Notes under the pieces: generated by a model
Told to the model about the DNA's origin: nothing
The model's database searches: none
Seen by the model: the letters and a program-made list of their open reading frames with translations, nothing else
Program-made: the position numbers and the translations under genes
Assembly (NCBI GenBank): GCA_963835065.1
Contig: CAWIEK010000015.1
Coordinates: 64,001-128,000, forward strand
DNA: 64,000 nucleotides
Reading direction: 5' to 3'
From: an uncultured Chthonomonadaceae bacterium
GTDB lineage: Bacteria; Armatimonadota; Chthonomonadetes; Chthonomonadales; Chthonomonadaceae
In this document: piece after piece, positions 40,219-50,840 of the stretch
Position numbering within the stretch: the first letter of the stretch is position 1
Layout of the letters: each line of letters opens with the position of its first letter

Positions 40219-40366
40219 GTCTGAACCATGATTTTTCATGATTTAGATGATTACCATGAGGCTTCGTCGTCTCAAATCAAAATTTGCCTCATTCACAAAG
40301 GGTAAAACAAACGCTTACCCGCAATCATGGTAATCACCTAAATCATGAAAAATCATGGTTCCAGAC
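40219..40366. repeat. Inverted element, CTGAACCATGATT family
   Basis: About 41-bp arms 40219-40259 and 40325-40366; supplies the stop codon of the dehydrogenase. Confidence 0.9.
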
Positions 40367-41948
40367 GATCTTTGCTCAAAGCGTTGTCCACGAGCCGCCA
40401 GATGCCGCGCGGGTTGGCGTCCTGCAGTTCGGGCGGCAGAACGTCGGAAGGGAAATCCTGATAGCAGACGGGGCGGGCGAAGCGGAAGATGGCTGCCGTG
40501 CCGACAGAGGTAGTGCGGCTGTCCGTCGTGGCGGGGTAGGGGCCACCGTGCTGCATGGACGGGCAGACTTCTACGCCGGTCGGGAAGCCGTTGAAGAGCA
40601 GGCGCCCTACTTTGGTTTCCAGTACGGAAATCAGGGCGTGGTACTCGCGCAGGTCGTCGGGAGTGCCGTGAATGGTGGCGGTTAGCTGGCCTTCCAAGCC
40701 CTGCGCCACAGCCGCCATTTCGTCAGGCGTTTTGCACATCACGAGCAGGGTGGACGGGCCGAAAACTTCGTGCGCCAGTTCCGGCGTGTTCAGAAATGTG
40801 TCGGCCTGCGTGGAGAAAATCGCGGCATTGGCCTGCGCGAGATTGGCGTCAGCCAGTGTTGCGATTTCGTGTTCCTGCCGAACGCCCGGCGTAGCCTGCA
40901 AACGCGCGATGCCCTGCCCGTAAGCGCTGCAAATGGCGGGGTACAGCATATTACCGGGCGCGGCCTGCCCGATCTTTTCCGCCGCCTTGCTCACGAAGCC
41001 CGTTATGTCGTCGTTTTGCAGGCTGACGACAAGGCCGGGATTGGTGCAAAACTGCCCCACGCCCATAGTCACGGATGCCGCCAATCCTTCCGCGATCTTT
41101 TCGCCCCGTTCCCGCAAGGCTCCCGGCAGTACAAAGACGGGGTTCACGCTGCCCATTTCCGCGTACACGGGAATTGGGCGTTCGCGCTGATTGGCCGCGT
41201 CGAACAAAGCGCGTCCCGCGCCAAGCGAACCCGTAAACCCGACCGCTTGCATCAGGGGATGCTTCACCAGCGCCATGCCCGTGTCTTTCAAGCCGTGCAG
41301 GAGGGAAAACACGCCATCCGGCATACCCGTTGCAGTTGCGGCGCGAAGAACGGCCTGCGCGGTCAGTTCGGACGTGCCGGGATGCGCGGGATGGGCTTTC
41401 ACGACGACCGGGCAGCCCGCCGCCAGCGCGGAAGCCGTATCGCCGCCCGCAACCGAAAACGCGAACGGGAAATTGCTCGCGCCAAACACCCCAACCGGCC
41501 CAAGCGGAATCAACATGCGGCGCAAATCGGGTTTGGGCAGGGGCTGACGGTCCGGCTGCGCCCGGTCAATGCGCGCGTCCACCCACGAGCCTTCCCGCAC
41601 AACCGCCGCAAACAGCTTCAACTGCCCAACGGTACGCCCTCGTTCTCCGGTTAAACGCGCAATCGGCAGCGCGGTTTCCTGATTGGCGCGTTCAAGCAAC
41701 CCATCCCCAAGCGCGACAATCTCCTCCGCGATCCGCTCCAAAAACGCCGCCCGCTGTTCCGCCGTCAAACCGCGATAAACAGGAAAAGCGTCATTCGCCA
41801 ACTTGACGGCGCGATCCACTTCCGCGTCATTGGCTATGTGAAAATCAGGCGTGAGCGTTTCGCCTGTCGCCGCGTTGGTGGCTGTAATCTTGTCCGTTCC
41901 CGCTGAGGAAACGGCGTTCCCGATAAAATTCTGTCCGTGTAGTTGCAT
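40353..41948 (-). CDS. 2,5-dioxopentanoate (alpha-ketoglutaric semialdehyde) dehydrogenase, NADP+
   Basis: FGASNFPFAFSVAGGDTASALAAG, FTGS, AEMGSVNP, GQFCTNPG, HGGPYPAT. Confidence 0.9.
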   Translation of the reverse strand: MQLHGQNFIGNAVSSAGTDKITATNAATGETLTPDFHIANDAEVDRAVKLANDAFPVYRGLTAEQRAAFLERIAEEIVALGDGLLERANQETALPIARLTGERGRTVGQLKLFAAVVREGSWVDARIDRAQPDRQPLPKPDLRRMLIPLGPVGVFGASNFPFAFSVAGGDTASALAAGCPVVVKAHPAHPGTSELTAQAVLRAATATGMPDGVFSLLHGLKDTGMALVKHPLMQAVGFTGSLGAGRALFDAANQRERPIPVYAEMGSVNPVFVLPGALRERGEKIAEGLAASVTMGVGQFCTNPGLVVSLQNDDITGFVSKAAEKIGQAAPGNMLYPAICSAYGQGIARLQATPGVRQEHEIATLADANLAQANAAIFSTQADTFLNTPELAHEVFGPSTLLVMCKTPDEMAAVAQGLEGQLTATIHGTPDDLREYHALISVLETKVGRLLFNGFPTGVEVCPSMQHGGPYPATTDSRTTSVGTAAIFRFARPVCYQDFPSDVLPPELQDANPRGIWRLVDNALSKDRLEP

Positions 41949-41993
41949 ATCATCTTTCTTCTGGAGTCTCTGTGACTGCGCAGGGAGAGTCAG

Positions 41994-42826
41994 TCACTCA
42001 ACCGTATTGACCAGCGTACCGATACCTTCAATGGTAATAGTAATGTTGTCGCCGGATTGCAGCGTGAAGGTGGACGGCGGCACGATGCCCGTTCCGGTCA
42101 GCAGGAAACAGCCGTTTGGGAAACTGGTTTCGCGGTAAAGGAATTCGACAAGTTCCTGCGGCGTTCGTTTCAGTTGCGCCAGCGTGGTTTCGTTTTCAAA
42201 GGCCGTTTGCCCGCCGCGCTGAATGGTCAGTTTGATGGCGGTGGCAGGCGAAAGCGGCTCACTCGTCACCAAAATGCCGGGGCCGAGGGCGCAGGCTCCA
42301 TCGTATACTTTGGCCTGCGGCAGATACAGCGGGTTTTCGCCCTCAATGTCGCGGGAACTCATGTCGTTGCCGACCGTGTAGCCGACGATTTCGCCCTTTG
42401 CGTTGATGGCAAGCGTCAGTTCCGGTTCCGGCACGTTCCAGCGCGAGTCGCGGCGGATACGGACGTTCTGCCCACTGCCGACAACGCGATAGGGCGGGGC
42501 TTTGAAGAACAGTTCGGGGCGTTCGGCCTCGTACACGCGGGCGTAAAAATCTTCGCCGCCCGCCGTCTTCGACTTCCTCCATACGGGCGTCCCGGCTGCG
42601 ATAATACGTCACGCCCGCCGCCCACACTTCCTGCCCCTGTATCGGCGGCAGCAGTTCCTCCGGCTTCAGCGCGTCTTGTATCGCCGACCGAATCCGCCAC
42701 AAGCCGCGCAACCGTATCGGCCAGATTGTCGCTGTTGAAAACAACGTCCCAGGCCACATCGCCCAGAGCATAAAACGTATCGTCCACCTGCGCTAAAACG
42801 CCGCGCGTGGTGCGGTAAAGGTGCAT
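41994..42826 (-). CDS. Fumarylacetoacetate hydrolase family protein (2-keto-3-deoxypentonate dehydratase-like), frameshift at about 42570
   Basis: [47 protein letters not shown]. Confidence 0.85.
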
Positions 42827-42843
42827 GATTGTATCCTTGAGGA

Positions 42844-42962
42844 AGGTTTCAGGTTTCAGGTTTCAGGTGTCAGGAAGGCTGGCATGTTTGCTTTCCTTTT
42901 CTGACAGCAAAGTTGAACATGTGGCAGAGTTCCTGACACCTGAAACCTGAAACCTGAAACCT
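42844..42962. repeat. Inverted heptamer element (AGGTTTC)n
   Basis: 33-bp perfect arms 42844-42876 and 42930-42962 with a mirrored variant unit. Confidence 0.95.
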
Positions 42963-44212
42963 AGTACCTATCCGGCGACAGCGCCCCAATATCCAGCGAA
43001 GTGGGCGCGTCGGAGAGAAGTTCTGCCATTAGTTTACCTGTAATTGGCGCGAGGCTGATGCCCATCATGGCGTGTCCCGTCGCCGCGCTGAGATTTTGGT
43101 AGCGGGCGAAGCGTCCGATGTAGGGCAGGCCGTCGGGGGAACAGGGGCGCAGGCCGCTCCAGACGGGCAGATCGCGGAAATCAGCGGGCGTGAAGTCGGG
43201 AAAGTAGTTTGGGATCGCTCGTAAAATGCCCTGTACGCGGGATTGGTTGATGGACATATCCAGTCCGGCAACTTCCATTGTGCCGCCGAAGCGCAGAGTT
43301 TGGCCCATCGGCGTGACGGCGACGCGGGCTTCCGTGAGAATGGAGCAAAGTGTCGGCTGCTGTTTGGGATGCGGCAGGGTGATGCTGTACCCTTTACCGG
43401 CCTGCATCGGCAGGTTGATGTTCAGGCCGCGCAGGAGGGACGGCGACCACGACCCGCCCGCAATCACGTACTCGTCCGCCGTGACATCGCCCTGCGTGGT
43501 TAGCGCGGCGTCAATGCGTTCCCGCGCTGCTGCGCCAGCCCGTCACTTCGGTTGACCACGCGAAACACGCGCCGTTTTGCTGTAGTTCCTGCGTCAGTCT
43601 CGCCAGCAGTTTTCCCGGCGACAGGTGGCAGTCCTGCGGAAAATAAATCGCGCCGGCCACGTCCATGCGTATAGCGGGATCATGCTGCGCGGTTTGTTCG
43701 CGGTTCAGGACTTCGGCGGGCAAGCCGAGTTCCCGCGCCTGTTCCGCGACATGCGCTTCCTCGTGCAGCGTTTGCTCCGACTTGCACAGCATCAGCAGGC
43801 CCTTTTGCACCAGTTCAAACGGATTGCCCCATTGCGCGGCCAGTTCCTCGTAACACGCGCGGCTGGCAAGATTGAGATCGCGCAGCAGGGGCGCGGAACG
43901 GGAAACGTGGGCGGCATTTGCGCTGCGGACAAATGCCATGCCCCACCGCATCAAATCGCGGTCAAGGCGCGGGCGGATGTAAAAGGGGCTTTGCGGCTTG
44001 AGCATCATGCGCAGGCCAAGCGATACCATGCCCGGCGCGGCCAGAGGAATGAAATGTGAGGGCACAATCATGCCCGCATTGCCGAGCGAACAGGCGTCAT
44101 GGTCAGGATTGCCGCGCTCCAAAATGGTGACGCGATGCCCCGCCTGCATAGCATAATACGCCGTACACAGCCCGATAACGCCGCCCCCGACAATGCAGAT
44201 AGATTTCGACAT
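42961..44212 (-). CDS. FAD-dependent D-amino acid dehydrogenase (probable D-hydroxyproline dehydrogenase), frameshift at about 43520
   Basis: IVGGGVIG, SLGNAG, GKGYS, WSGLRPCSPDGLPYIG, GHAMMG; gene context. Confidence 0.85.
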
Positions 44213-44220
44213 AGAATATA

Positions 44221-45153
44221 TTAGATGCCCCAACAGAAAGGGTCGTCAGGGTTGAAAATCAGGGTTGCCTCGGCGTTGACATAGGCGGAGCCGCGAATAG
44301 TCGGAATTAATGTATCGCCTTCCACGCGGATACTGCCCTCGAACACGCTGCCGATAATGCTTTCCTGCCGCCAGATTTCGCCTTCGCGTAATTTGCCGTC
44401 CGCGTACAGGCAGGCCAGTTTCGCGCTTGTGCCCGTGCCGCAGGGCGAGCGGTCATACGCTTTGCCGGGACAAAGGACGAAGTTACGGCTGTCTGCGTCG
44501 GGAGTATCCGAGGGCGCGAACAGTTCGATGTGGTCAATTTCCTGCCCGTCGCGCCCCGTAATTCCCTGCGCCGACAACGCCTGCCGTATGCGCCAGGTGA
44601 AATCCGTCAGGGCTTCGACGTTGCGCAACGTTAATTCCTGTCCGTGTTCCTCCACCAGAAAAAACCAGTTGCCGCCCCACGCCACATCGCCGCGAAGAAC
44701 GCCGATGCCTTCCACAACGACATTGACGCCTTTTGCATAACGGTAAGCGGGCACATTCTCAACGGAAACGTCGCCTGCCTCGTGCAGCGTGGCCGTGACA
44801 ATGCCGACCGGGGTTTCAATACGGTATGTACCCGGAGTGAGGTGTTTACAATACGCAAGCGTGACCACAACGCCAATCGTGCCATGCCCACACATGCCTA
44901 AGTAACCGACGTTATTGAAGAAAATCACTCCAAATTCGCAGTCGGGTTCTTGCGTTTCGGCGAACAGTGCGCCCACCAGCACATCGGAACCGCGCGGCTC
45001 ATTAACGACGGCAGCGCGAAAGCGGTCATGCTGCGTTTGAAACACGCGCATTTTTTCCGCAACGCTGCCGCCGCCCAAATCCGGCCCGCCGTCCACAACC
45101 ACCCGCGTCGGTTCCCCACCAGTATGCGAATCTATTACAGAGACTTTGTTCAT
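44221..45153 (-). CDS. 4-hydroxyproline 2-epimerase (proline racemase family)
   Basis: [15 protein letters not shown] and DRSPCGTGT catalytic Cys motifs. Confidence 0.92.
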   Translation of the reverse strand: MNKVSVIDSHTGGEPTRVVVDGGPDLGGGSVAEKMRVFQTQHDRFRAAVVNEPRGSDVLVGALFAETQEPDCEFGVIFFNNVGYLGMCGHGTIGVVVTLAYCKHLTPGTYRIETPVGIVTATLHEAGDVSVENVPAYRYAKGVNVVVEGIGVLRGDVAWGGNWFFLVEEHGQELTLRNVEALTDFTWRIRQALSAQGITGRDGQEIDHIELFAPSDTPDADSRNFVLCPGKAYDRSPCGTGTSAKLACLYADGKLREGEIWRQESIIGSVFEGSIRVEGDTLIPTIRGSAYVNAEATLIFNPDDPFCWGI

Positions 45154-45238
45154 GTTTGTCTTCCAAGTAACAAATCCTTTAGGGCAGATTGTTACATAAA
45201 CGCGATTGTTCGGAGTGACCTTGCTCCGCAAGTGGATG

Positions 45239-45389
45239 CTGAACCATGATTTATGTGATTAGAATGATTACCATGATCTCAGGAAGCGCGCTCCTCTGTT
45301 TGAATTATGATGTGACTGATGAGAGGATTGCCATGATGAAGACCAGCCCAATCATGGCAATCATCCTAATCACATAAATCATGGTTCAG
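45239..45389. repeat. Inverted element, CTGAACCATGATT family
   Basis: 39-bp arms 45239-45277 and 45351-45389, 2 mismatches; supplies the stop codon of the DapA-like gene. Confidence 0.9.
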
Positions 45390-46290
45390 ACAAAAGTGGT
45401 CGCGTCTCAACCCCGTGCCGAATAAGTTGCAACACTGACTCGCGCTCTTCGCCCGCAAGCGGCAGGCGGGGAGCGCGTACCCATTCCTGCCCCATGCCGA
45501 CTTCCTGCAAGGCGAGTTTGATCTTTTGCACGAAATGCGGACCGATGTCTAATGTCATCAGGGGCAGGAACCAGCGCCACAGTTCCCGCGCCTTGTCCCA
45601 CTCGCCCGCTTGCATCAAGTCCCACAAATGGGCGTTTTCGCGGGGAAAGGCCAGCCCCACGCCCGCAATCCAGCCCACCGCGCCCAACAGGGTACACTCC
45701 AGCGCCAGCGTGTCTACGCCGCCGAAAATCGCGTAACGATCTCCGACGGTATTGAACAATTCGGTAATGCGCGTGGTGTCGGCGGACGATTCTTTGATGG
45801 CGACCAGATTTTCCACTTCCGCCAGTTCCGCGAACATCTTGGGCGTTACGTCCACATGGTAGCCGATAGGATTGTTGTATACGATGATGGGCAGGGAGGT
45901 TGCAGAAGCGACGGCGCGAAAATGCGCGGCGGTTTCGCGGGCATCGGCCTTGTACACCATTGCCGGCAGCACCATTACGCCGTCTGCGCCCAGGCGTTCC
46001 ATGTCCCGAACATACGCGCAGGCGGCTGCCGTCGAGTTTTCCGCCACGCCGCTCAACACGGGTACGCGCTTATCAACGACGGAAATCGCCATACGCATCA
46101 CGTCGCGCTTTTCTTCCGGCGCAAGCGTTTGGTTCTCGCCCAACGAGCCGCACATTACAATGCCATGTATGCCCGATTGAATGAGAATTTCCAGATGCTT
46201 CGCGGTGGCGTCCAAATCAAGCGATTGGTCTGCTTTTAACTGCGTGGTTGCGGCGGGAAATACGCCTTTCCAGTGTGTTGTTTGAGTCAT
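45379..46290 (-). CDS. DapA-family lyase (probable 1-pyrroline-4-hydroxy-2-carboxylate deaminase)
   Basis: WKGVFPAATT, GSLGE, YNNP, IKESS; gene context. Confidence 0.85.
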   Translation of the reverse strand: MTQTTHWKGVFPAATTQLKADQSLDLDATAKHLEILIQSGIHGIVMCGSLGENQTLAPEEKRDVMRMAISVVDKRVPVLSGVAENSTAAACAYVRDMERLGADGVMVLPAMVYKADARETAAHFRAVASATSLPIIVYNNPIGYHVDVTPKMFAELAEVENLVAIKESSADTTRITELFNTVGDRYAIFGGVDTLALECTLLGAVGWIAGVGLAFPRENAHLWDLMQAGEWDKARELWRWFLPLMTLDIGPHFVQKIKLALQEVGMGQEWVRAPRLPLAGEERESVLQLIRHGVETRPLLSEP

Positions 46291-46300
46291 AGTGGTTGTT

Positions 46301-47104
46301 TTACTGGGGTTGTTTGCTCGTTTGCGGCGGCGATTTCGGTTCGCCCCATACCTGAACCATCAGCCGATAGCCTGTGGGGTCATGCTGCGCCAATTCCTGC
46401 CGCGTGAACGGGTAAAAGTCGTTTTTGCCGAAATAGGCTTCCGACAGTTCCGCGAAATACTCTTCGGCGTTGGTGGCGGCATAAGCCTTGCGCTTGCCGC
46501 CGTGAACGTAGGCTACTAAATCATACCGTTTTTCGCGCATTGCCTGCGCATAGGCGTCCTGAACGCCCGAAAAATGTTCGCCAAGCGTTAGAAAACGATA
46601 CGCATGCGCCAGTTCGTGCAGCAGCATCCAGGGCTGTTCGTTATGCGACCATTGTATGAAGTGCGCGGCATTAGAAATTTCCACGCACCCGGCTTTGTCC
46701 GGGTTGTAGCCATGTTCCCGCAGCCATTGCGCGGACGGATGGAACTCCGCCGCGCCGTCTTTGCGGTTCTCCCATTCCAGCCAGATTTTCACCTTATGCA
46801 AAGCGCTCAAAGGCTTATCCGGCACGACGCCGTTGATTGCCTTCAACTGCGCGGCCAGTTCCGCAAACGCCGCTTTCGCGCCCTCTGTATGGGTTTCCAA
46901 TTCAGGATTGATCAGAACGGTAAATCCCTCCACCTGCCGCCGTTTATAAGCGGAAGTTGGCTCAGAAGCGTTTACGGATGGCAGCCATATAAAGATAGCA
47001 GAAAGGCATACTATCAGGCCGAACAAGCAACGCATCCACTGAATGTTAACCTTCTGACACCGCATGATGACTCCATTTACACTAAAGGCGCGTGAAAAGT
47101 TCAT
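46301..47104 (-). CDS. Secreted zinc metallopeptidase-like protein
   Basis: Signal-like N-terminus, HELAH, NAEEYFAE. Confidence 0.7.
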   Translation of the reverse strand: MNFSRAFSVNGVIMRCQKVNIQWMRCLFGLIVCLSAIFIWLPSVNASEPTSAYKRRQVEGFTVLINPELETHTEGAKAAFAELAAQLKAINGVVPDKPLSALHKVKIWLEWENRKDGAAEFHPSAQWLREHGYNPDKAGCVEISNAAHFIQWSHNEQPWMLLHELAHAYRFLTLGEHFSGVQDAYAQAMREKRYDLVAYVHGGKRKAYAATNAEEYFAELSEAYFGKNDFYPFTRQELAQHDPTGYRLMVQVWGEPKSPPQTSKQPQ

Positions 47105-47175
47105 CGCGTAGGGGCTTGATTCATCAAGTCCGTTCTCAGGTAACTATTCAGCCCCATCTTGGAATTCAAGATTAG

Positions 47176-47217
47176 CCCCTCTCCCATGCTTTTTGGGAGA
47201 GGGGTTGGGGTGAGGGC
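47176..47217. repeat. REP-like palindrome (CCCCTCTCCC/GGGAGAGGGG-GGGGTGAGGG type)
   Basis: 11-bp stem followed by a TTGGGGTGAGGGC tail. Confidence 0.75.
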
Positions 47218-47225
47218 AAGAATTG

Positions 47226-47663
47226 TTACTCCATCGGCGCAGTCGGTACGGTCAACTTGCGGGCAATCAAGTACAGCACGAATCCGAGCGGGCACAACAT
47301 GCTGTTGAGGAACAGAATCGGCCCCATCAGCCACACGTTCATGTTATATTTTCGGCTATCCAGATACACCCATCGCCCGACAAACAGGTCGGCGGCAATA
47401 AAGTGCAGCCACGCCAGCGTCGCCCCGGATTCCGAACCCAGCAGGGCGCGGATGCCGGGCAGGTTGGGGCGCGTGAACAGGAGCAGGGCAGGCAGGGCGT
47501 TGGGAATTTCCAGCACGGCATACGCCAGCATGAATGGCACGACGATCCACAGCGACGACATGATTTTATGCGTTGTCGGCCACCGGGGCGCGAAAATCAT
47601 CAGCATCCAGACGGGCAGCACCAACATGCTGAACAGCGAAAAGGCGATCTGGTAAGCGTTCAC
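47226..47663 (-). CDS. ABA4-like (DUF4281) membrane protein
   Basis: PVWMLMIFAPRW, WLHFIAADLFVGRW, PLGFVLY. Confidence 0.8.
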   Translation of the reverse strand: MNAYQIAFSLFSMLVLPVWMLMIFAPRWPTTHKIMSSLWIVVPFMLAYAVLEIPNALPALLLFTRPNLPGIRALLGSESGATLAWLHFIAADLFVGRWVYLDSRKYNMNVWLMGPILFLNSMLCPLGFVLYLIARKLTVPTAPME

Positions 47664-47981
47664 AAGCCTGCTCCTTCCTGAACTTGAACCTTATGGGCAA
47701 ACCGCTTGAACTTTGCACAATCTGGTGTCCGCAGGACAATTGGCCGCTGGCCTAACAACCGGATTTTTATAATCCGATTGATACGGACATACCATTATAG
47801 GCCGAAGCAGGCGGCAATGTCAAACCGCAGCCCTCGAAACATAGTGAAAAAATTAACTTGCCGCGTGTGAAAAATTAACAAGCGGAATAAAAGGAATAAC
47901 GGTATTCTTTACAGAATACTCTTGTAGCAAGAAAATCAGGGAGTAAACATTGACGTTCACTATTGCGGCAGGGAGGCAGAT

Positions 47982-49244
47982 ATGGCGCAAAACGCCCTCA
48001 GCGTTGTCACGCGCATCAAAACCGGGGAAACCGACGCGCTGGAAACATTGCTGGACAAGATCGGCGGGGATGTTCAGCACAATACGCTGGTTCCGTTTCC
48101 GAAATTGCAGACGCTTCACTTCGCCTGTTGGGTGGTGCTGAAGCGCGATCTCAACTTTCCACCATGCCTCGTCCTCGAATGTAATTTCGACGGCGAGCTG
48201 GACGCGCATCTCAACGAGTTCGTTGCCTGCGCCCCCGAAGGACTGCGCCAGATTTACGCCCATTGCGAAGGTTTTCCCGCCGACGCCGCAACCAACCCGG
48301 CGCGAATCAAGCAGTATTTGCTGGAGCATCGGGTTCCCGACGCCGCCTTTTACATCGGCTGCTACGGTCAGTCGCTTCCGGCCATACAAAGCGCCCTTGC
48401 CGCCCGCCAAAGCATCGAAACCTATTTGGATGGGGAACAAGCATCCGGGCAGAAATTGCGCGGGCTGGCTCCCACGCAAATCTATGAGCGCATCAAGGCT
48501 TATTTCAAAGAGCATCCCGTCGCGCCACCGTTCCACTCTGCCCAGACTTACAGCAGCCTTGTCACGCGCTCCAAACTCAACATGGCGATTGCCGTTGTCG
48601 TGGGCATCCTGCTGCTGCCCCTGCTCCTGCTGTTCCTGCTGTGGTACGTTCCCACGCTACGCAAATACGAACACCACGACGACACCACCCCCGGCCCACC
48701 CCTCGGTGGAGTAGACCCGCGCTTGTTCGGCAAGGAAGACATCTGGGTACAAAACCACCTGACCACGCTGACCAACATCAAGCCGGGCAAGTTCCGGCTG
48801 AACACGCTCAAGGGCGTTCTGTGGATCATCAACCTGCTGGCGAAGACCGTGTTTATTACGGGACAGTTGGGTGGTATCCCGACGATTCACTTTGCGCGTT
48901 GGCTGCTGATTGACAATGACCGCCGCCTGCTGTTCTTCAGTAACTACGACGGCAGTTGGGCCAGTTATCTGGGCGATTTCGTGGACAAGGCCAATTACGG
49001 CCTGACGTCGGTATGGAGCAACACGGATAACTTTCCCACCACGCGCTTTCTGTTCTTCGGCGGGGCGCAGCACATCGAGGAATTCAAGGCGTGGAGTCGG
49101 CGCGGCAACGAGTACGCGGCAGTCTGGTACAGCGCGTATCCCTACGCGAGTGTGCGCAACATCACTCAGGCGGTACAGATCAGCGAAACGCTGAACGGCA
49201 GCCCCAACGAAGCGGAGATCAAGGAATGGCTCAAGAAACTTTAG
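47982..49244 (+). CDS. Uncharacterised DyP-associated protein with duplicated HFAxW...N(F/Y)DG domain and central TM helix
   Basis: TLHFACW..NFDG and TIHFARW..NYDG; GGGAGG RBS. Confidence 0.75.
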   Translation: MAQNALSVVTRIKTGETDALETLLDKIGGDVQHNTLVPFPKLQTLHFACWVVLKRDLNFPPCLVLECNFDGELDAHLNEFVACAPEGLRQIYAHCEGFPADAATNPARIKQYLLEHRVPDAAFYIGCYGQSLPAIQSALAARQSIETYLDGEQASGQKLRGLAPTQIYERIKAYFKEHPVAPPFHSAQTYSSLVTRSKLNMAIAVVVGILLLPLLLLFLLWYVPTLRKYEHHDDTTPGPPLGGVDPRLFGKEDIWVQNHLTTLTNIKPGKFRLNTLKGVLWIINLLAKTVFITGQLGGIPTIHFARWLLIDNDRRLLFFSNYDGSWASYLGDFVDKANYGLTSVWSNTDNFPTTRFLFFGGAQHIEEFKAWSRRGNEYAAVWYSAYPYASVRNITQAVQISETLNGSPNEAEIKEWLKKL

Positions 49245-50760
49245 GCGGGGGGAGCGGCGCGGCAAGCGACACCCAACTGCCCCGCGAAGAACTGCCCGAC
49301 ATACAGGGATTGGTGACAAGCGGCTACGGGCATCTCACCTGCTCCAATTTTATCTTTCTGCAGATAGACTCGCCGGAACAGGCGCGCGCCGGGTTAAAGC
49401 AGCTTCTGCCCTTTATTACCACGTCCGCGTACCGGCCCAGGGGCGAACCCAAGCCCACCTTCGGCTTCAACATCGCCTTCACGTATGACGGGCTGCGCCT
49501 GCTCGGTCTTCCCCCAACTCGCTGGCAATGTTCGCCCGCGAATTTCAGGAGGGGATGGCAAGCGGTGAGCGCCCCCGCGTCCTCGGCGATACCGGAGACA
49601 GCGCGCCCGAATTGTGGGACATGGGCGGGCCGAACAATGAGCCGTTTCATCTGTTGCTGATGATGTACGCGCAGGATGATACTGTCCTGACCGACGTTCA
49701 GAACCGCCTGATGCCGGCGGTACAAACGGGAAATCTGAAAATCGTGTACGAGCAGAGTACCGGGCGCATCAGCAACAAGGAGCCGTTCGGTTTTGAGGAC
49801 GGGGTTTCGCAGCCGTTCATTGCGGGCAGTCCGGGCAAATGTACGCCCGGTGAAACGCCGGTCAATGCGGGTGAGTTTCTGTTCGGCTACCGCAACGGCT
49901 ACGACACGGTTTCCACCTCGCCAACCGTTCCCGCTTCCGCCGACCCTAACGCCATTCTGCCCGCGCAGACAAGCGCCGGTTCCAGCGTCCGGGATTTCGG
50001 CAGGAACGGCACGTTTCTCATCTACCGCAAAATGGGGCAGAACGTGGACGGCTTCTGGAATTATGTCAGGTCACAGGCCGCGACATTGGACATGGAACCA
50101 ACGCAGGACACGACCAACTTCATCGCCGCCAAGATCGTGGGACGCTGGCCGAGCGGCGCTCCCCTCGTGCTGTCTCCCACGCAGGACAAGCCCGACCTGC
50201 GCGACAGCAACGATTTCGCTTATATGACAACCGATGCCGAGGGACTGGCCTGTCCGATTGGCGCGCATATCCGCCGCGCCAATCCCCGCGATTCGCTATT
50301 GCCGAACCCGGCGCGTTCCCATGTCCTGTCCAACCGCCACCGAATCATACGGCGAGGGCGGCACTTTGAAGATCAGCGCAAGCCCGGCGAAACGTGGAAT
50401 CCTTCGGGCGTGGAACCGGGGCTGTGCTTCATCTGCCTCAACGCCGACATTCAGCGCCAATTTGAGTTTGTGCAGCAGACATGGCTGAACAGCACGAAAT
50501 TCGGCGGCCTGTACGATGAAAAAGACCCGCTCATCGGCGATAATGACGATGGCAAAGGGCGGCTGACGATACCCGCCAACCCCATACGCACGCGCCTGAA
50601 CGATATTCCACGCTTTGTGCGAGTGCGGGGCGGGGGCTACTTTTTCATGCCCGGCGTTCGCGCCCTCCGTTTTCTGGCGGAACTGACGCCGACAGGGACA
50701 ACAACTCAAACGCCTGCAGGTCAAGCCGCCGCGCCGCCATCCGCCGCCGTCAATCTGTAG
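49226..50760 (+). CDS. Dyp-type (dye-decolorizing) peroxidase, frameshift at about 49520
   Basis: DIQG, FGFEDGVSQP (GxxDG), GAHIRRANPR, IIRRG, QFEFVQ. Confidence 0.9.
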
Positions 50761-50840
50761 GCCGCAAACCTTATCATTGCGGTTCCGACAAGTACACTAC
50801 CAACAATCGCAATTTCGACAATGCCACCGGGAGGGGCGTT

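Noticed and set aside
2063..45389. Tandem arrays as CRISPR
   Set aside because: Units are 7-10 nt, contiguous and inverted. There are no 23-47 nt direct repeats with unique spacers and no cas genes.
40160..47663. Genomic island integrated at tmRNA
   Set aside because: No integrase, and I found no duplicate of the ssrA 3' end in the window.
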